From positions 35,216,001 through 35,280,000 of the forward strand of contig OZ024745.1 of NCBI GenBank assembly GCA_964016885.1: DNA of 64,000 nt, in the 5' to 3' direction. Below, piece after piece: positions 1 through 13,114 of this stretch. The stretch's first letter is position 1. Each line of letters begins with the position of its first letter. Source of the DNA: Eledone cirrhosa. Lineage: Eukaryota. The notes under the pieces were generated by a model, which was given only the letters and a program-made list of their open reading frames with translations, was not told where the DNA came from and did no database searches. A program made the position numbers and the translations under genes.

Positions 1-355
1 TCAGTAAGTGCCAAATCAGGATAACTCTTTTCGTGTTAGAAGGGTGGACTAAATCTGGGACGTCATGTGTTGCAACACGTTCACCGCTTCCAAATTTATC
101 GTTTTGGCCGAAACTTCGAGTACTAAATCTCGTAACTCAGAGGAGCTCAAGATCCAAATACCACGACTTCACCAGCCGCTTTTCTTTCGTGCCGGTCACC
201 GTCGATACTCTCGATATTCCCAGTCCATGGGCTACCGTTTTCCTCCACAAAATTGGGAGTAGGGAATTCCGTCTGAGGAGGGAGCCCTGTGAGGTGTCAA
301 TGGCTGATCTTTGTGGCAATGATTCAGGTATCTTATCCGTGGGATGCAGTTAAAA
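1..355 (+). mobile_element. 3' fragment of a CRE-like non-LTR retrotransposon (restriction-like endonuclease C-terminus, frameshifted)
   Basis: Across frames reads IWDVMCCNTF...RSKYHDFTSRFSFVPVTVDTLDIPSPWATVFLHKIGSR, resembling the WDVT...KY...FVPVAVETLG...FL..LG.R pattern of CRE-type RLE domains. Confidence 0.6.
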
Positions 356-866
356 GATACATTCTAAACAGATGTGAAGTATCTTGCCCTCAATCATCCT
401 TTCCGTTTATATTTCAGTATTTAATTTTTTCCCTCTTCTTGTTTATTATGCAAAACATTCATACGAATAAAATTTGTTTATACTGTTTCAATGGTGGTTT
501 TCTGTAAGCAACAAATACACGTTCCACTGACTCTCGCATATTAGTATATGTGTACAATGTATCTTGTAATATATGATTCTGTATGAAGATCATTATACAA
601 CCTTCATATACTATTTATTTTACCTTATTATATGATATATTTTACTTCATTCATTTTATTAATCTATTTTTCATTTCGTGTCTATTGTCATATATTCGTC
701 TAACATAGAGACTTATCAAACTGTCTCAATAAATACCTTTTTGTCCCTTGCCACTATTACTCTGCTTCTGATGTTATATAAACAACATTTTTAGAAGTGG
801 TTTTTGTTATGATTTTGAAATTCTTCAGATGATCAGCTTTTAACTGTAATGTAGTATCTCATTGAA

Positions 867-870
<4 letters not shown>

Positions 871-906
<36 letters not shown>

Positions 907-1123
907 CAATTATTAAGGCTAGATACTACAACGGTGCCATACCATGTACGTAGTTTCGTTAACCTTCAAGACCAACTTGTTCAACTTGTGCCTATGAAAA
1001 TGAAATATATATATATATATATATATTCGCACATACTCATGTATATATATATAAATATATATATATACATATATGTGTGTGTGTGTATATATATGTGTAT
1101 ATATGTGTGTGTATATATGTATA

Positions 1124-1219
<96 letters not shown>
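871..1219. repeat. (CA)n and compound (TA)n/(TG)n microsatellites, representative of dozens across the window
   Basis: Direct dinucleotide runs; they produce the YIYI/HTHT/VCVC ORFs. Confidence 0.95.
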
Positions 1220-1222
<3 letters not shown>

Positions 1223-1310
1223 ATAATAATAAATTTGAAGACTAAAATCCAAAGAGGGCTCGATAAGGATAAATATATATCAAATATATAAGAACCGTAG
1301 AGCAAATATT

Positions 1311-1712
1311 TATTAAAATAACAGATTAAAGCTTAAGCAAAGAATCGCTGCTTTCACCTTAACGGGATCTTCTGAAACTAACAAACCCAATCTGTGAACG
1401 CAGAAGTGAATATTTCAAAAAACGTTGCAACCGGAGGAGGACAGGAAGACGATACTTTGGTTCGTGGAAACGTTCCCTGGCAAAGAACGGGAAAAAACGA
1501 ATATAATACGTCATTATTTGGAGCGGTGAAAAACATGCCGTTCTTTGCCAGGGAACGTTTCCACGAACCAAAGTATCGTCTTCCTGTCCACCTCCGGTTG
1601 CAACGTTTTTTGAAATACTCACTTCTGCGTTCACAGATTGACTTTGTTAGTTTCAGAAGATATCCCGTTAAGGGTGAAAGCAGCGATTCTTTGCTTAAAC
1701 TTTAATCTGTTA

Positions 1713-1720
<8 letters not shown>
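1311..1720. mobile_element. Fold-back element (~180-bp arms) with a variant hammerhead-like motif
   Basis: Arms 1311-1490 and 1538-1720 are reverse complements. The right arm has CAGAAGA-TATCCCGTTAAGGGT-GAAA at 1654-1679. Single-arm copies at 38536-38660 and 60155-60278. Confidence 0.85.
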
Positions 1721-1775
<55 letters not shown>

Positions 1776-2546
1776 ATATATATATGTCTGTGTATATATA
1801 TATATATATAAACTTATAAAATTAAGTAACCTAACGGTTTACCAACAGCTTAATAACGGTTAATACAAACCTTAGAAAAGATAATTTACAGATAAAAAAT
1901 GCATAAGATAATATACCTACAATAACAACATGGCCAGTAATTCGGAGGAATTTACATTTAACAAACAAACACCTATTGACTATAAACGACTTAAAATAAT
2001 CCCATGGTTAATAGCTGTGAGTAACAAACAACACATGCACATAAATACGAACTACAACACAAAAACACTTAAATAAAAATCACATACCCAACTCTATCTA
2101 GTGCTTTACATTACACCATACATAAAAAAATACCTACATTATCACCATACGCCTCTCTAACAAATTGCACATTATCTTAAACATTTATAACAATTATAAC
2201 ATGCTTTAACACCCCACATAAAATATGTTTATTTCAACTGCATTATAACTCTTTCCTCATACATGCATTATTGACTGTATTGACTCCTACATTGTACACC
2301 AATTGTCCTTGCTTATAACTTCTTTCCCTGTGTTTTTTTTGCTTGTGATTTTTTTGTTTGTGCCTTTTGCTTTTACTTATACCTATTACACTTCCAACCA
2401 GTGCTGCCTGTAATTGTGTTATTTCAAGCGGAACATCTTTTTAACTCCTGAATCTCCACATGATGCATTTGACACTAATAACAACTATGTACCCTAAATT
2501 TTCTAAATGACTAGGATTCTAGTTACACGTTTTCGACATTCCTTAT

Positions 2547-2591
2547 GCTCCGATGATTCCAGACTTCCCTCTGGAAGAAACAATTGACAGC
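2547..2591 (+). ncRNA. Degenerate type I hammerhead ribozyme (Penelope-like 3' end)
   Basis: GCT-CCGATGA-TTCCAGA(cttccc)TCTGGAA-GAAA-CAATTG-AC-AGC followed by AATAAA; two core substitutions. Confidence 0.65.
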
Positions 2592-2627
2592 TAATAAATG
2601 TTCTAAACTAAATTTGATCGTTTTAAC

Positions 2628-2659
<32 letters not shown>

Positions 2660-2908
2660 CTGATCGTTAAGCTAACTTAATGGTAACATATTCACATGGT
2701 ACAAGGAAGGTGTGAGTTTGAGTCCCAAGTATGTACACTTGTTCCCCCTCCAGGGGCTTTCATACTAAAGAATCTGTTGTAGAGCCGTTAAGTTGAATAA
2801 TTTTCTAAAGAATTCGTAACTTCTCCAGTGTTTCTAAAACGTACTATTGTATTCAGCGTCTGATGAAGTGAGGTCTAAGCGTTGCACATGTATTGTGTGT
2901 GTGTGTGT

Positions 2909-2976
<68 letters not shown>

Positions 2977-3029
2977 AGGAAGGGAAGGTAATAAGTTAAA
3001 CGGTAGACAGAACACTACAGAATGCTTTT

Positions 3030-3205
3030 GAGGACGGGAATGTCGATTAACTCGACACCAATGTTTTACTAGTACTTTATTTTCTCAGCCCCTAATGATG
3101 AAATGCAAAGTTAATCTCGGCAGAATTTGAATTCTGAACGTAAAGGGCCGTAACTCTACGCCACAAAGCATGTTGTGCGACACTTTACCGACAGTGCTAA
3201 TCCAG
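3030..3205 (-). mobile_element. Degenerate tRNA-derived SINE
   Basis: Reverse complement resembles the SINE at 18292-18482 (aaagttaatctcggcagaatttgaattc). Confidence 0.6.
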
Positions 3206-6093
3206 ACATTGCATAATAAGAAGCCATAGAATTGAGATTTTGCATATGGTGGTATGCAGCCTTGTCTAGATATTATATAAGTTACTGATATTATATTCGT
3301 ATCTGAGTTAGAAGAAAAATATGGTGGTATATTTTGTCTTGTAGTGTATATCAACAATTTGATATAGTTTGACTGATTGTTTGATTCTAAGGAGATAGAG
3401 AATTAGCAATGTTTGCAATATAGCACTTTCAGCTGAGATCAATAGAGTATGTGGTAAAGGAGGAAGCTCTTAATGTTAGGTGTGTTTCATGCTGGTTTAT
3501 TTGTCTTAGAAATGGAGAATATTTTCTGTCATTTAGTATTGATACATTTCCAGTACCCCTACGGTGCAGAATGAGAACAATATCCTGTCGGATGTGTTAA
3601 TATTAGCAATGGATCAGATATTAAAGTGAGGTAGAATGGGATTTACTTTCCTCCGTTTGACGTAAATGGAGATTTATGGAAAGTTGTTAATGAAAAGAGG
3701 ATTTTGATGGAGATATAATCGTTGATATATTTTGAAAGTATATCGATTAAGATAGATATCGAGCAAAAATTTAGTAGCAGCTGGATCTGCGTGGCTGTTT
3801 CATATAAATATGTGGAGATTCTTTACGAAAATTATAATTCTTAACTTCAAGCTGTTTTTTTTTGTTTAGTGATATAAACCTTAGATTCAACTTTAGAAAA
3901 TACTATTTAGTTTATTTATTTTCTTTTAACAAACGATCTTTTATGTATATTTGCTTTAACATATACCTAGTAGCAAGGAAAATCTTGCACTAAATATATA
4001 CAAGTAAGAAATAAAACAACTTGTAAAAGGCAGGTGGCATGGATGACCTGTTGCAGACTGTATACTCCCTCACCCGAATCAAGGTATATGGAAGCTTGTA
4101 CTTCGTGTTTAAGACACATAGAAATGATGCACCATATATTTCTTTATAGACTGGTGCAGCAACACATGGCTTCAGAAATATGACTTCGGGTACAGTGGTG
4201 AACATAGCGTAGGAAAAGCCAATGGAAGACCCCCAGAGAAGCAAAGAGAAAGCCCCCCACCCCAAATGAAAAATAAATAAAACATATGAAGGCGACAGAG
4301 GGTAGCAGATGCGTTTAAAACAGCAGGTCATTGTGTAGAATTTATGACCACTCCTACTAATCTTAGATAACACCGACCACAGCTTCGAGAACAGCCAGGG
4401 TAAAACTCACATTATCCCCAGTCCCACAAGAATTAGGTGCAGATAAGAGAGCAAAGAGAAGCCTCATCCCACACGGAAACGACTAGAGATTACCGATTAT
4501 AGTTCCGCTACATCGTCTTGCGGCAGTGGAGTAATGGTGGCCAGATGAATGTGAGACACTTCTTACAAGGGAATACCCACCCTTTTTGTCTTTGACAACA
4601 TTATCCGACAGAACAGTTTCAATCTCCATGTCTGCGTGGATAGACATATATCATATTATCGTTACTGTGCTATCTTCTGAGAGGCCTTAGGTTTATATTT
4701 CTACCACCTATTTTCTGTTGGTATTTTGTTTTGCTGCCACAGCTTACAGTGTTTGAAAGCTCCAAAACTGTCATGTAGTATTTGGTGGTTTAACATGAAG
4801 AACCATAAACGATATATTTAATTGTTTCTTTCTAACCTCTAAATGTTCTGCCACCACCTAATTAAATATTATATATGGTTTTTGGTTGGATGGCTTTGAT
4901 ACAGTGCTGTAATCAAATCTCTGCTTCACACTTACAGTCGTCTTTGTGTTATGTCTATTACCCTGCTGCTGGGTTTTTCAGATATTGGCTATATAGGTTT
5001 TGTTTTTACCACGAATGTAACAAAGCGTTCTTTAGCACTACTTTTTATATAGCTTTCTTTTTGGTGCTTTCTTTGAAAACAGAAACCAATTCTTGTTTTG
5101 TATTCCCAAAGAAAATATTTTATAATAGTTTTCTATTTGCACCTGCCTCTCTGTAGATATAGTAAATATATATCTTCTGTGTCAAATGTATATGCATTTT
5201 TAAAAGTTATCTTTGAGTTAATGTTTTATTTCACTCGTTTATTTAGCGTCTATTTAGGACTATTATTACTATAATTTGTTATTAATATGGCTATGATATT
5301 GAAGCTAAACGATTGGGCATTTAACTCTGCCTTTGACTATAAATGTCTTGCACATATAATATTCAAAGCTAAGTATTTCTTTCCTTTGTGTATTGTATTT
5401 TGTCTACTTCAGTGAAGTCTTAGTATATACAATCTGTATATAGTCTAATTATCTAATAATCTTTTTCTTGCAGGATATTAAGTATTCATAATTTATTTTC
5501 TTCTCGCAGTTTTGCCCTGACGCATTTTGCTAATTCAAATGTCATATCAGTTCTTCTAGTAAATATATGTGCTGACTGCAACATTAATTCTAGTTGTTGG
5601 AAAGATGGGGGAGAGTGACAAAAATGGCATAAATATGTGGCGCCTTTGAATGTTGTCAGACGCGTGGTTTTCATTAATTGTGACTACTACCAAACTCCGA
5701 ATCTGCCAGCCAGACAATCGAAAGGCTTCAATGCACTCATGTTTATGTGGGTCTACGCCCTAATAAAGTAACAACTAAATTTTCTGTATCGAAAACAAAA
5801 ACAATTCCTACACATTTACTTTTTCTTTTCCTTCATTTCCTTTCTTTCTTTTGTTTCCTTATGGCCATGTATATTATACAGTTTTAATCATATTTACCAG
5901 AATTTATATTACAATGAACTTAACATAGTGCTATGCAATGGAATCGAAACCGGATCTCTAATTGTTTGCAAATATGATTCTTAATCATAGGGCATATCTT
6001 AGAAATGATAAATAGACACATAGACGAATGCGTAACCCAATGACGTACATCTATACACAAAATACAGTGAATATTACAACACACTATATATTC

Positions 6094-6457
6094 TAGAGTC
6101 GGCTGAAAGGTTCCTAGGCTGACTAAGAAGGAGTGATGCTGGAGCTGGGGAAGCTTGCATGCGGCAGAATCGGTAGAGCGTCCGATACCATGCTTTGCAG
6201 CATAGAGTTATGGCCCTTTATGCTCTAATTTCAAATCATGCCAAGGTTAGCTTTACCTTGCGGGGTCGATAAAATAAAGCACCAGCAATGCACTGGGATA
6301 ATTGCTGGCCTTGTGCCAAAAGTAGAAACAATTAATTTCAACTCTTCTTATTAATAACTGCACTGTTTCTTTCCAGAGACTATGTTGAAAAATGAACCTC
6401 ATTTGGTCATTCCATGAAAGTATCTTGGTCAGCCTATGAACTTTTCAGCCGGACTTG
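6094..6457. mobile_element. Mariner-type MITE interrupted by a SINE (6162-6335)
   Basis: TIRs tcggctgaaaggttcctaggctgac / gtcagcctatgaacttttcagccgg; an uninterrupted copy lies in the opposite orientation at 17841-18037. Confidence 0.75.
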
Positions 6458-6620
6458 AAGAATTATTTGCAGTATTTGTTTTGGTTTAGGAATTCACTTA
6501 AAGAGTGGTTTCGGGTTCAGTTCCACTCCTTGGCACGTTAAACAAGAGTTATCAACCAATGCCTTATGAATGAAATGTGAAAGACAGCAACTCTATGAAG
6601 CCCGTTGTATATATACATAC

Positions 6621-9600
6621 GCACGAGGGTGAGTTGCTGTTCTGTTTCGAAAAAACTTGGATCTCTAAGCACAAACGGTTCACTTGGACCCGGAGGGCAG
6701 CTTGGTGGTCGTGGACGTGAATGGTAGTGAAGGTGGAGCTTTCAGACTGGTGGCCGCTGTATATGCCCCGACTGGGACATCGCGACCAGAGTTCTTGAAG
6801 CGTCTGGAGCCATTCCTGGGAGCGTCTGCTCCTTAGTGTTAGCGGGGGACTGGAATGGCATCTTAGATGCACGTTGGGACTATGTAGGAGCTTGTGATAA
6901 TAGAGGGGGTGTAATAGCCTCAAAAATCTCATTAGCCAATTCCAACTGGCTGATAGATATCGACTAGTCTTCCCAAGTGTACCACTGTGGACGTGGAGCA
7001 ACCGCACTGGGTCTACTAGATCGTATTTAGATAGATTTTTAATTAGACAGAATGATAAGGAAACATTCAGCTGTCCACAAATGCACATGGTTGCCTATTC
7101 AGACACAAATTAGTCACCTGCGTAGTCAACCTTGATAGAACACATAGACAGGGACCCGGATACTGGAAGCTAAACATGTCGCTTCCGGCGCGTAAGGCCT
7201 ACAGTAAACGGATTAGCACCTTAGTTAAGTGCCAGTTGACGGGGGCGATCGTCAACAACAGGTGGTGGATCTCTCCCAAGAGAGCAATTAGAATAGAATC
7301 GATAGCATTTAACAAGGAACTAGCTTTAGAAAATAAAACAAAACCGAAAAGGAACTGGTAGCTAAAGTAGAAGAGGCACTTAGGAATGGCAGTACAGCTG
7401 ACGTGCTAGCGGCGAGAACGGCACTAGACCAGTTCTTCAGCGTGAAACACGAAGGTTGTATTGTCAGAAGTAGAACACGTGGTCTAAGAAACGAGGGAGC
7501 CAAAGCTGCTAGCTGGGCCCGAGTGGTAGAGGCGAAAAGTGGCTACAAATCTACAATTCGGTCCTTGCAAGACAAAGATGGAAGCATTCTACTTGAATCC
7601 AAGGAGATGTAGACGGCCTTCCAGCAGCATTTTGCACAACTATTCGGGCAAATCGGTACGTCAAGGGAGGTGATGGATTTCACATCCTACCTCGACGGCG
7701 TACTACGACTCTCGAGCATGGATGCGTAGAGGTGCGAAAGGCCGATCACAGCAAGCGAAATAGAAGATGCCCTAGGCCGCTGTCGGAAACGCAAATCACC
7801 CGGTTTAAATGGTCTACCCTATAGGTTTTACATAGGCGTGCTAGACTTGTTCTCTGGCGTCCTCAAAGCGGTCTACTGCAACTGGCAGCAGAACAGGAGG
7901 ATTCCCAGTTCTGTAGGCAGAGGCGTAGTAATACTGATCAGGAAAGATGAGAACAAGGGGGATGAGATAAGCAATTTCAGGCCCATAACTCTGCTCAACA
8001 CAGAGTTAAAGATTTTGGCCAAGGTGTTAGAGCTTGTCGTCAAGAACCTGGTAGGGGAAGCGCAAACGTGTACAATCCCGACCAGGTCCATAGGCGACAA
8101 CTTCCACCTCATGCGATACATCATAGAGAGGGTAGGGCGTAAACCTGGCTTCGGGGGGCTCTGATCTATTTAGATCAGTCTAAGGCATTTGATAAGGTTG
8201 ACCATCAATACTTGGAAGCGGTTCTCAAGGCGGCCGGCTTCGGTCCCGTCTTCCGAGGTTGGATCACTGCCATGCGCACTAGCATCTGCTCGGAGCCATT
8301 CCAAATCATGTATTCCATCCGTCAGGGGTGCCCTCTCTCCACCAATCTGTATGTACTGACTCTCGAGCCATTACTGCGGAAGCTGGAGCTGTTGCAGAGC
8401 ATCCCGATCGAACCAGGACTGCGGAAAGCAGCGTCGGCCTATGCCGACGACATAACCGTAACGGTGTCGAAAACCTCGGACATCGGAGTAATCAGCAACC
8501 TATTACAGGAATACGAAATGTTGACAGGAGCAAGACTAAACCCAAACAAGTCTGTCGGTTTGCAACTCGGCACTTGAAGAGGCAAACCCATGCCTTCCGA
8601 CAGTGTCGTTGGGCGCTGGACGGAAGGACCGGTGAAATTGATCGGGGTCTGGTTTGGCCCAGACGTCCAGGGGGACAAGAACTGGAACGAGGTCACGGCG
8701 AAGGTGTTTGCATTCACCCAGAAGTGGGCTGAGTGCAAACTCTCCTTGAAAGGTCGAGCGGAGGTGGCGAACACTTACATAGCGTCCATCATCTACTACC
8801 GTGCCTTGTCTCCGTGACTACCCTCATCAAAATGGAACGCCTACTCTTCAAGTTCCTCTGGAAGAAACAGGCTCCATTAGTGAGGAGATCCATCTGCTGT
8901 CAACACCCTTCTAAAGGAGGGCTGAGCATGCCGTGGCTGATGATGCTCAAACACGCGCTGAGGCTACGCCATCTCCAGGTATTCCTGACCGGCGAACCGG
9001 TGTGGCTGTCGTTTGTGAGACGAGCTCTTCCTCAACTCGTCTCACTAACAGGGCTGCAGTCCTGGGTCTAGTGATGACAGAAAATGGGCGCCTGGCACCT
9101 CGAGTGCTTTCAGGCGCTCACAGCCCTCTACCAAGCAGAAACGGCAATCAGCGGAGACTCCACTTCGACATTCTACAGGGGATTAGTGGAGGATAAGTGC
9201 GACGACGTTCTCGTGGAAACTCTAGGTATCGAGGAAGACGAACTGACCAGTCTGTTCGGGAGGACTTTCCGTCCAGGGCCTATGGATAACTTCCAGAGGT
9301 CTCTGGCCTGGCAGTGCTACCGAGGAGCACTTCCAGTTCGAGACAAAATCTACAGGCACAGACGCCCTGGCAGAGATCCTGCCAAAAGGACCTGTCCAAG
9401 ATGCGAGCAGGACACCGAAACCGTTCTGCACGCAATTGTTCAGTGCCCAGGGGTGACCGACCTGTGGAATTATGTCGAACAGCTACTGTCACGTGTAGGA
9501 CGCATCTAGTTGTCAGCCGAGTCCATTGTGAGGATCACTCCGCCGCCTTCATTTAAGAATGAAGGAGAGGCGGTCTTCCTCTGTCTTGTGGCTATGGCGA

Positions 9601-10046
9601 AAGAGGTAATATGGTGGACGAGGTTAAAAGGACTGAGGGCAAGCACCTTTCTCTCCGGACAATAACTCATCCCCTTCGTTAAGTACCATTTCAGAAGGAA
9701 GGTGAGAGAGGAGAGAGAGGTGCTACACCCCAGTAAATTTGCTGAAAGGTGGCGAAAATGGCCCGGTTGAATGGGCCTTCTCTGTATATAAACCTGTAGG
9801 TTGAGGAAGATAAACAGAGGGAAGACGGGAACACCTACAAAACGTTTTGCTGGTGTTGAGGGTTGTTCTATCCACGGGGTGTAAAACAACACCGCAGTAG
9901 CGTTACCACCCCCTCCCAATGGGGATTTCAATTGTTTTATTTTTATATAGTTTATTGTTATTTATCATTGTTAAAGATTTTATGTAAAACCCCCGCCGTC
10001 ACGTCTTGTAATGTCCCATTTTTGTACACCCCTGTGGCAAATAAAG
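6621..10046 (+). mobile_element. 5'-truncated L1/Tx1-clade LINE, disrupted ORF2 (APE endonuclease, RT, Cys-rich C-terminus) with (TATC)n at the 3' end
   Basis: Motifs WTWSNRTGSTRSYLDRFL, FRPITLLNTELKILAK, LDQSKAFDKVDH, RQGCPLS, AYADD, CPRCEQDTETVLH; multiple stops and frameshifts; ends GTGGCAAATAAAGA then (TATC)n. Confidence 0.92.
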
Positions 10047-10047
10047 A

Positions 10048-10122
<75 letters not shown>

Positions 10123-10124
10123 AA

Positions 10125-10368
10125 GCTTCTATGTTAAAGAAGAGAGAAAAAGAAAGAAAGGAGCACTTGCACAACACGCTCCTGAAGTTGAGAGTTGTTC
10201 TATCGAGGGGGTATTAAACAACCCATTTGTGGCGCCTCCCCCCTATTGGAGATTTCGATTGTTATAATTGTTTGTTTAAATATTTTTACACGACTGTATG
10301 TAAAATCCCAGACATGTGTCTTTGTATTGTCCCCTTTTCTTGTGCGCCCTTGTGGCAAATAAAGAAAT
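10125..10368 (+). mobile_element. Second Tx1-family 3'-UTR fragment in tandem within (TATC)n
   Basis: Homologous to 9840-10046 and ends GTGGCAAATAAAGAAA followed by (TATC)n. Confidence 0.75.
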
Positions 10369-10412
<44 letters not shown>

Positions 10413-10430
10413 TGATCTAGCTATCTATCT

Positions 10431-10497
<67 letters not shown>

Positions 10498-11509
10498 CAC
10501 AAATATAAATAACTTCTACAGGACTACTGGACTAGAACTGTTTCACAGCCATTTCTATATAAAATAAACAGTGCCTGTACTCTACTAATGTATTGAGTGC
10601 CTTTTTTAATTCTGGTTATCCCTCGATAGAACTCAGGAATGTACATATTATGTATATATATATATACATAATAACCAGAACGAAAACCTGCTGATAAACT
10701 GATTCCTCAGTTCAGTCACCAATACCATGAACTTGCCACTAAAGTAAGTCTGATATTTGATTTCGGAGTCAGAGAAACATTTCAAACGCTCGTCTGATTT
10801 GTCCAGGTCTATTTTTCTCAACCAGTTTCTTCGTTACTTTGGTATGTATTGTGTGTTAGTTTAGCCTACCACAATGTCCGATTTGTCAAGCTATTTAAAC
10901 GTATGTTATAACTCTGAGACCTATCTTATCGAGTGCTTCGCTAACCCATCACTTCATATAAGTAGGCCGAATTACTTGCAAACCGCCAGAGATTCGATTT
11001 TACTGATTCCCAATTATATATATATATTGTGTGTGTGTGCGCGCGTGTGTGAAGCTAGTTGAAGAATAAAAGAACATATATCCATGATACTCGATATTGT
11101 GCTATGAAAGCAAGAATGTATGTTATATGCTGTTTTATGGGTGAATTAATATATTGTATACATCTTTAAAAGAGGAAAATGAAATGAAATTAGTAGCGAT
11201 TAGTTAATTCTAATTTTAGTTCTTATCATTATTAGGAAATCTTAGTTGTCGCCATGATTTTGTAATTCTGATGAAGACGAAGAATAAATGTTGTGTACAT
11301 TGATGTATTACTGTGTGGAGAATATTGTTGCACATGTTGGTATTCATTATATTTAATTTTGAATGAAAACGTTTATAGATATGCAGACTTTAGAATGTAT
11401 ATTATGAAAAAATACTAAATTTGGTATGATGCACAAGGAATTTTGCTTTTAAAATCAATAGTAACAATACCAACAACAGACATGTTAACGGAAGTAGCAG
11501 TGGTAATAC

Positions 11510-11512
11510 TCT

Positions 11513-11584
<72 letters not shown>

Positions 11585-11660
11585 TAGTAGTAGTTGAAGT
11601 GGTAGTAGTAGTTGTAGTAGTAGTAGTAGTAGTAGTATCAGTAGTATTAGTAATGGTAGT
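11510..11660. repeat. (GTA)n trinucleotide microsatellite
   Basis: Direct run; source of the poly-T/poly-V ORFs. Confidence 0.95.
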
Positions 11661-11719
11661 AGTTCTTGTTGTTAATGTAATTATTATTGTAATAGTAGTA
11701 TTTCTTTTTACTTGGTAGG

Positions 11720-12437
11720 TCTGCAGGATACAACAAAGGCAAACATACAGCATCGTCATTGATGCGAGATAACAAGGAACACATTCAGGCCTTAGGTAGA
11801 GGGGCCTGTTCGAAAAATATATTGCAGTCTCCACCCAACGCCGTGACATGTCCTGGAAGTCGTGGGACGAAAACACAAATGATATGTACCCCGAAAACCA
11901 TGTTGGCACTGACCATCTGACGTTGCAAGGAGTAATTGGAAGGACTGGCGATCCCGATCTAAATACGAATGGAGAGGCCTTATTAAACTTCTGTTCTATT
12001 AATGGGCACTTTATTATGAACACCTTTTTCCAGAACAGAGACAACCATATATAAACATGGTATGAGAGATTAATAATTGATTTTGTTATTGTCTCTGATT
12101 TATTCGATTCTGTGTCTACGAATGATGAGGGGTAGGAGGCTGAATTAAGAGAACAAATTGCTGGAGCTGGTACATTAATGCGCCAGCTTCATCATTCGGT
12201 CATCAGAAGAAATGAAGTAGAAAAGTCAAACTAAGTATCTTCACTTCAGTATCTGTGCTAACTGTTACCCGTGGTCATGAATCTTGGCTAATGACCGAAG
12301 GAATACGATCTCGAAAATAGGCGGGCGAAATGGGGTTCCTCCGAAGGATCCTAACGTTACTCGATAGAGAAGAAGAAGAAGAAGAAGAAGAAGAAGAAGA
12401 AGAAGAAGAAGAAGAAGAAGAAGAAGAAGAAGAAGAA
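11720..12437 (+). mobile_element. Degenerate, internally deleted RTE-like LINE remnant followed by (GAA)n
   Basis: GVIGRTGDPDLNTNGEALLNFCSINGHFIMNTFF (APE end), then GHESWLMT...GEMGFLRRI (post-RT region). Confidence 0.65.
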
Positions 12438-12922
12438 GGCGGCCTAGAGGAAAGGGCTGAACTTATACTTTTCACAGACTCCTGTAACAATTAGTAACAC
12501 TTACGAGATATCATTTTAAAATACAAAATAGAAGTGCACATATTAGGCTCTTTTCCACAACACATAATTATTTCTAGTTAGATATTTTTCAATACTCACT
12601 GTATTAGATATGTTATGTTAATGTTAACTTAGAAAATATATACGTCAACTTATATAGATAAAGTGTTTCAGATGTATAGGAAAAATAGTGCTTTTCAGAA
12701 CTTGATCAGTTATATATATATGAAATGGAACGTCTCTTTCAAGGCAAGGATCGAAACTAGATTACAGTCTAGAGTTTGCACAAGATTACTACTACACTTA
12801 GGCGTTTTATGACAACAACAAAAACAACAACAACTACTACTATTTCTATAATATACAAAAAGCATGCATAAATCTTTTGTGATTATTTATCTGATTATAG
12901 ACAAATGAATGGTGTTTATTAC

Positions 12923-13114
12923 TTCGGCAGCAAATGATTGTCCTCCGATGGTATGTTCCGAGCCAGCATTATCGACCGTTCCAAAGTGTATTTTCAATTG
13001 GTATATCCGAAAACGATAGGAAAATGGACCTGTCAGAATAGTGATATAATTGGACGGATCTTCACGGATAGCCATTGTTACATCACGGCCAGTGTTCATT
13101 AGCATAGCATCTAT
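12923..13114 (-). CDS. Internal exon of a carbonic anhydrase-related protein (CA10/CA11-like CARP)
   Basis: ttttgacAG|ATAGAT...GCCGAA|GTaata, 192 nt, phase 0/0. Encodes IDAMLMNTGRDVTMAIREDPSNYITILTGPFSYRFRIYQLKIHFGTVDNAGSEHTIGGQSFAAE, with the alpha-CA NTG, HFG and GSEH motifs. Confidence 0.9.

Noticed and set aside
1359-1705. Paired similar ORFs on opposite strands (also 33463-33821 and 46666-47057)
   Set aside because: Consequence of palindromic DNA, not coding genes
3380-5480. Possible highly decayed LINE ORF1/ORF2 remnants
   Set aside because: Only vague compositional hints, with no motif I can state confidently
1-12900. Downstream CARP exons (the His119-equivalent exon onward)
   Set aside because: I found no matching exon by eye; they may lie outside the window or have been missed
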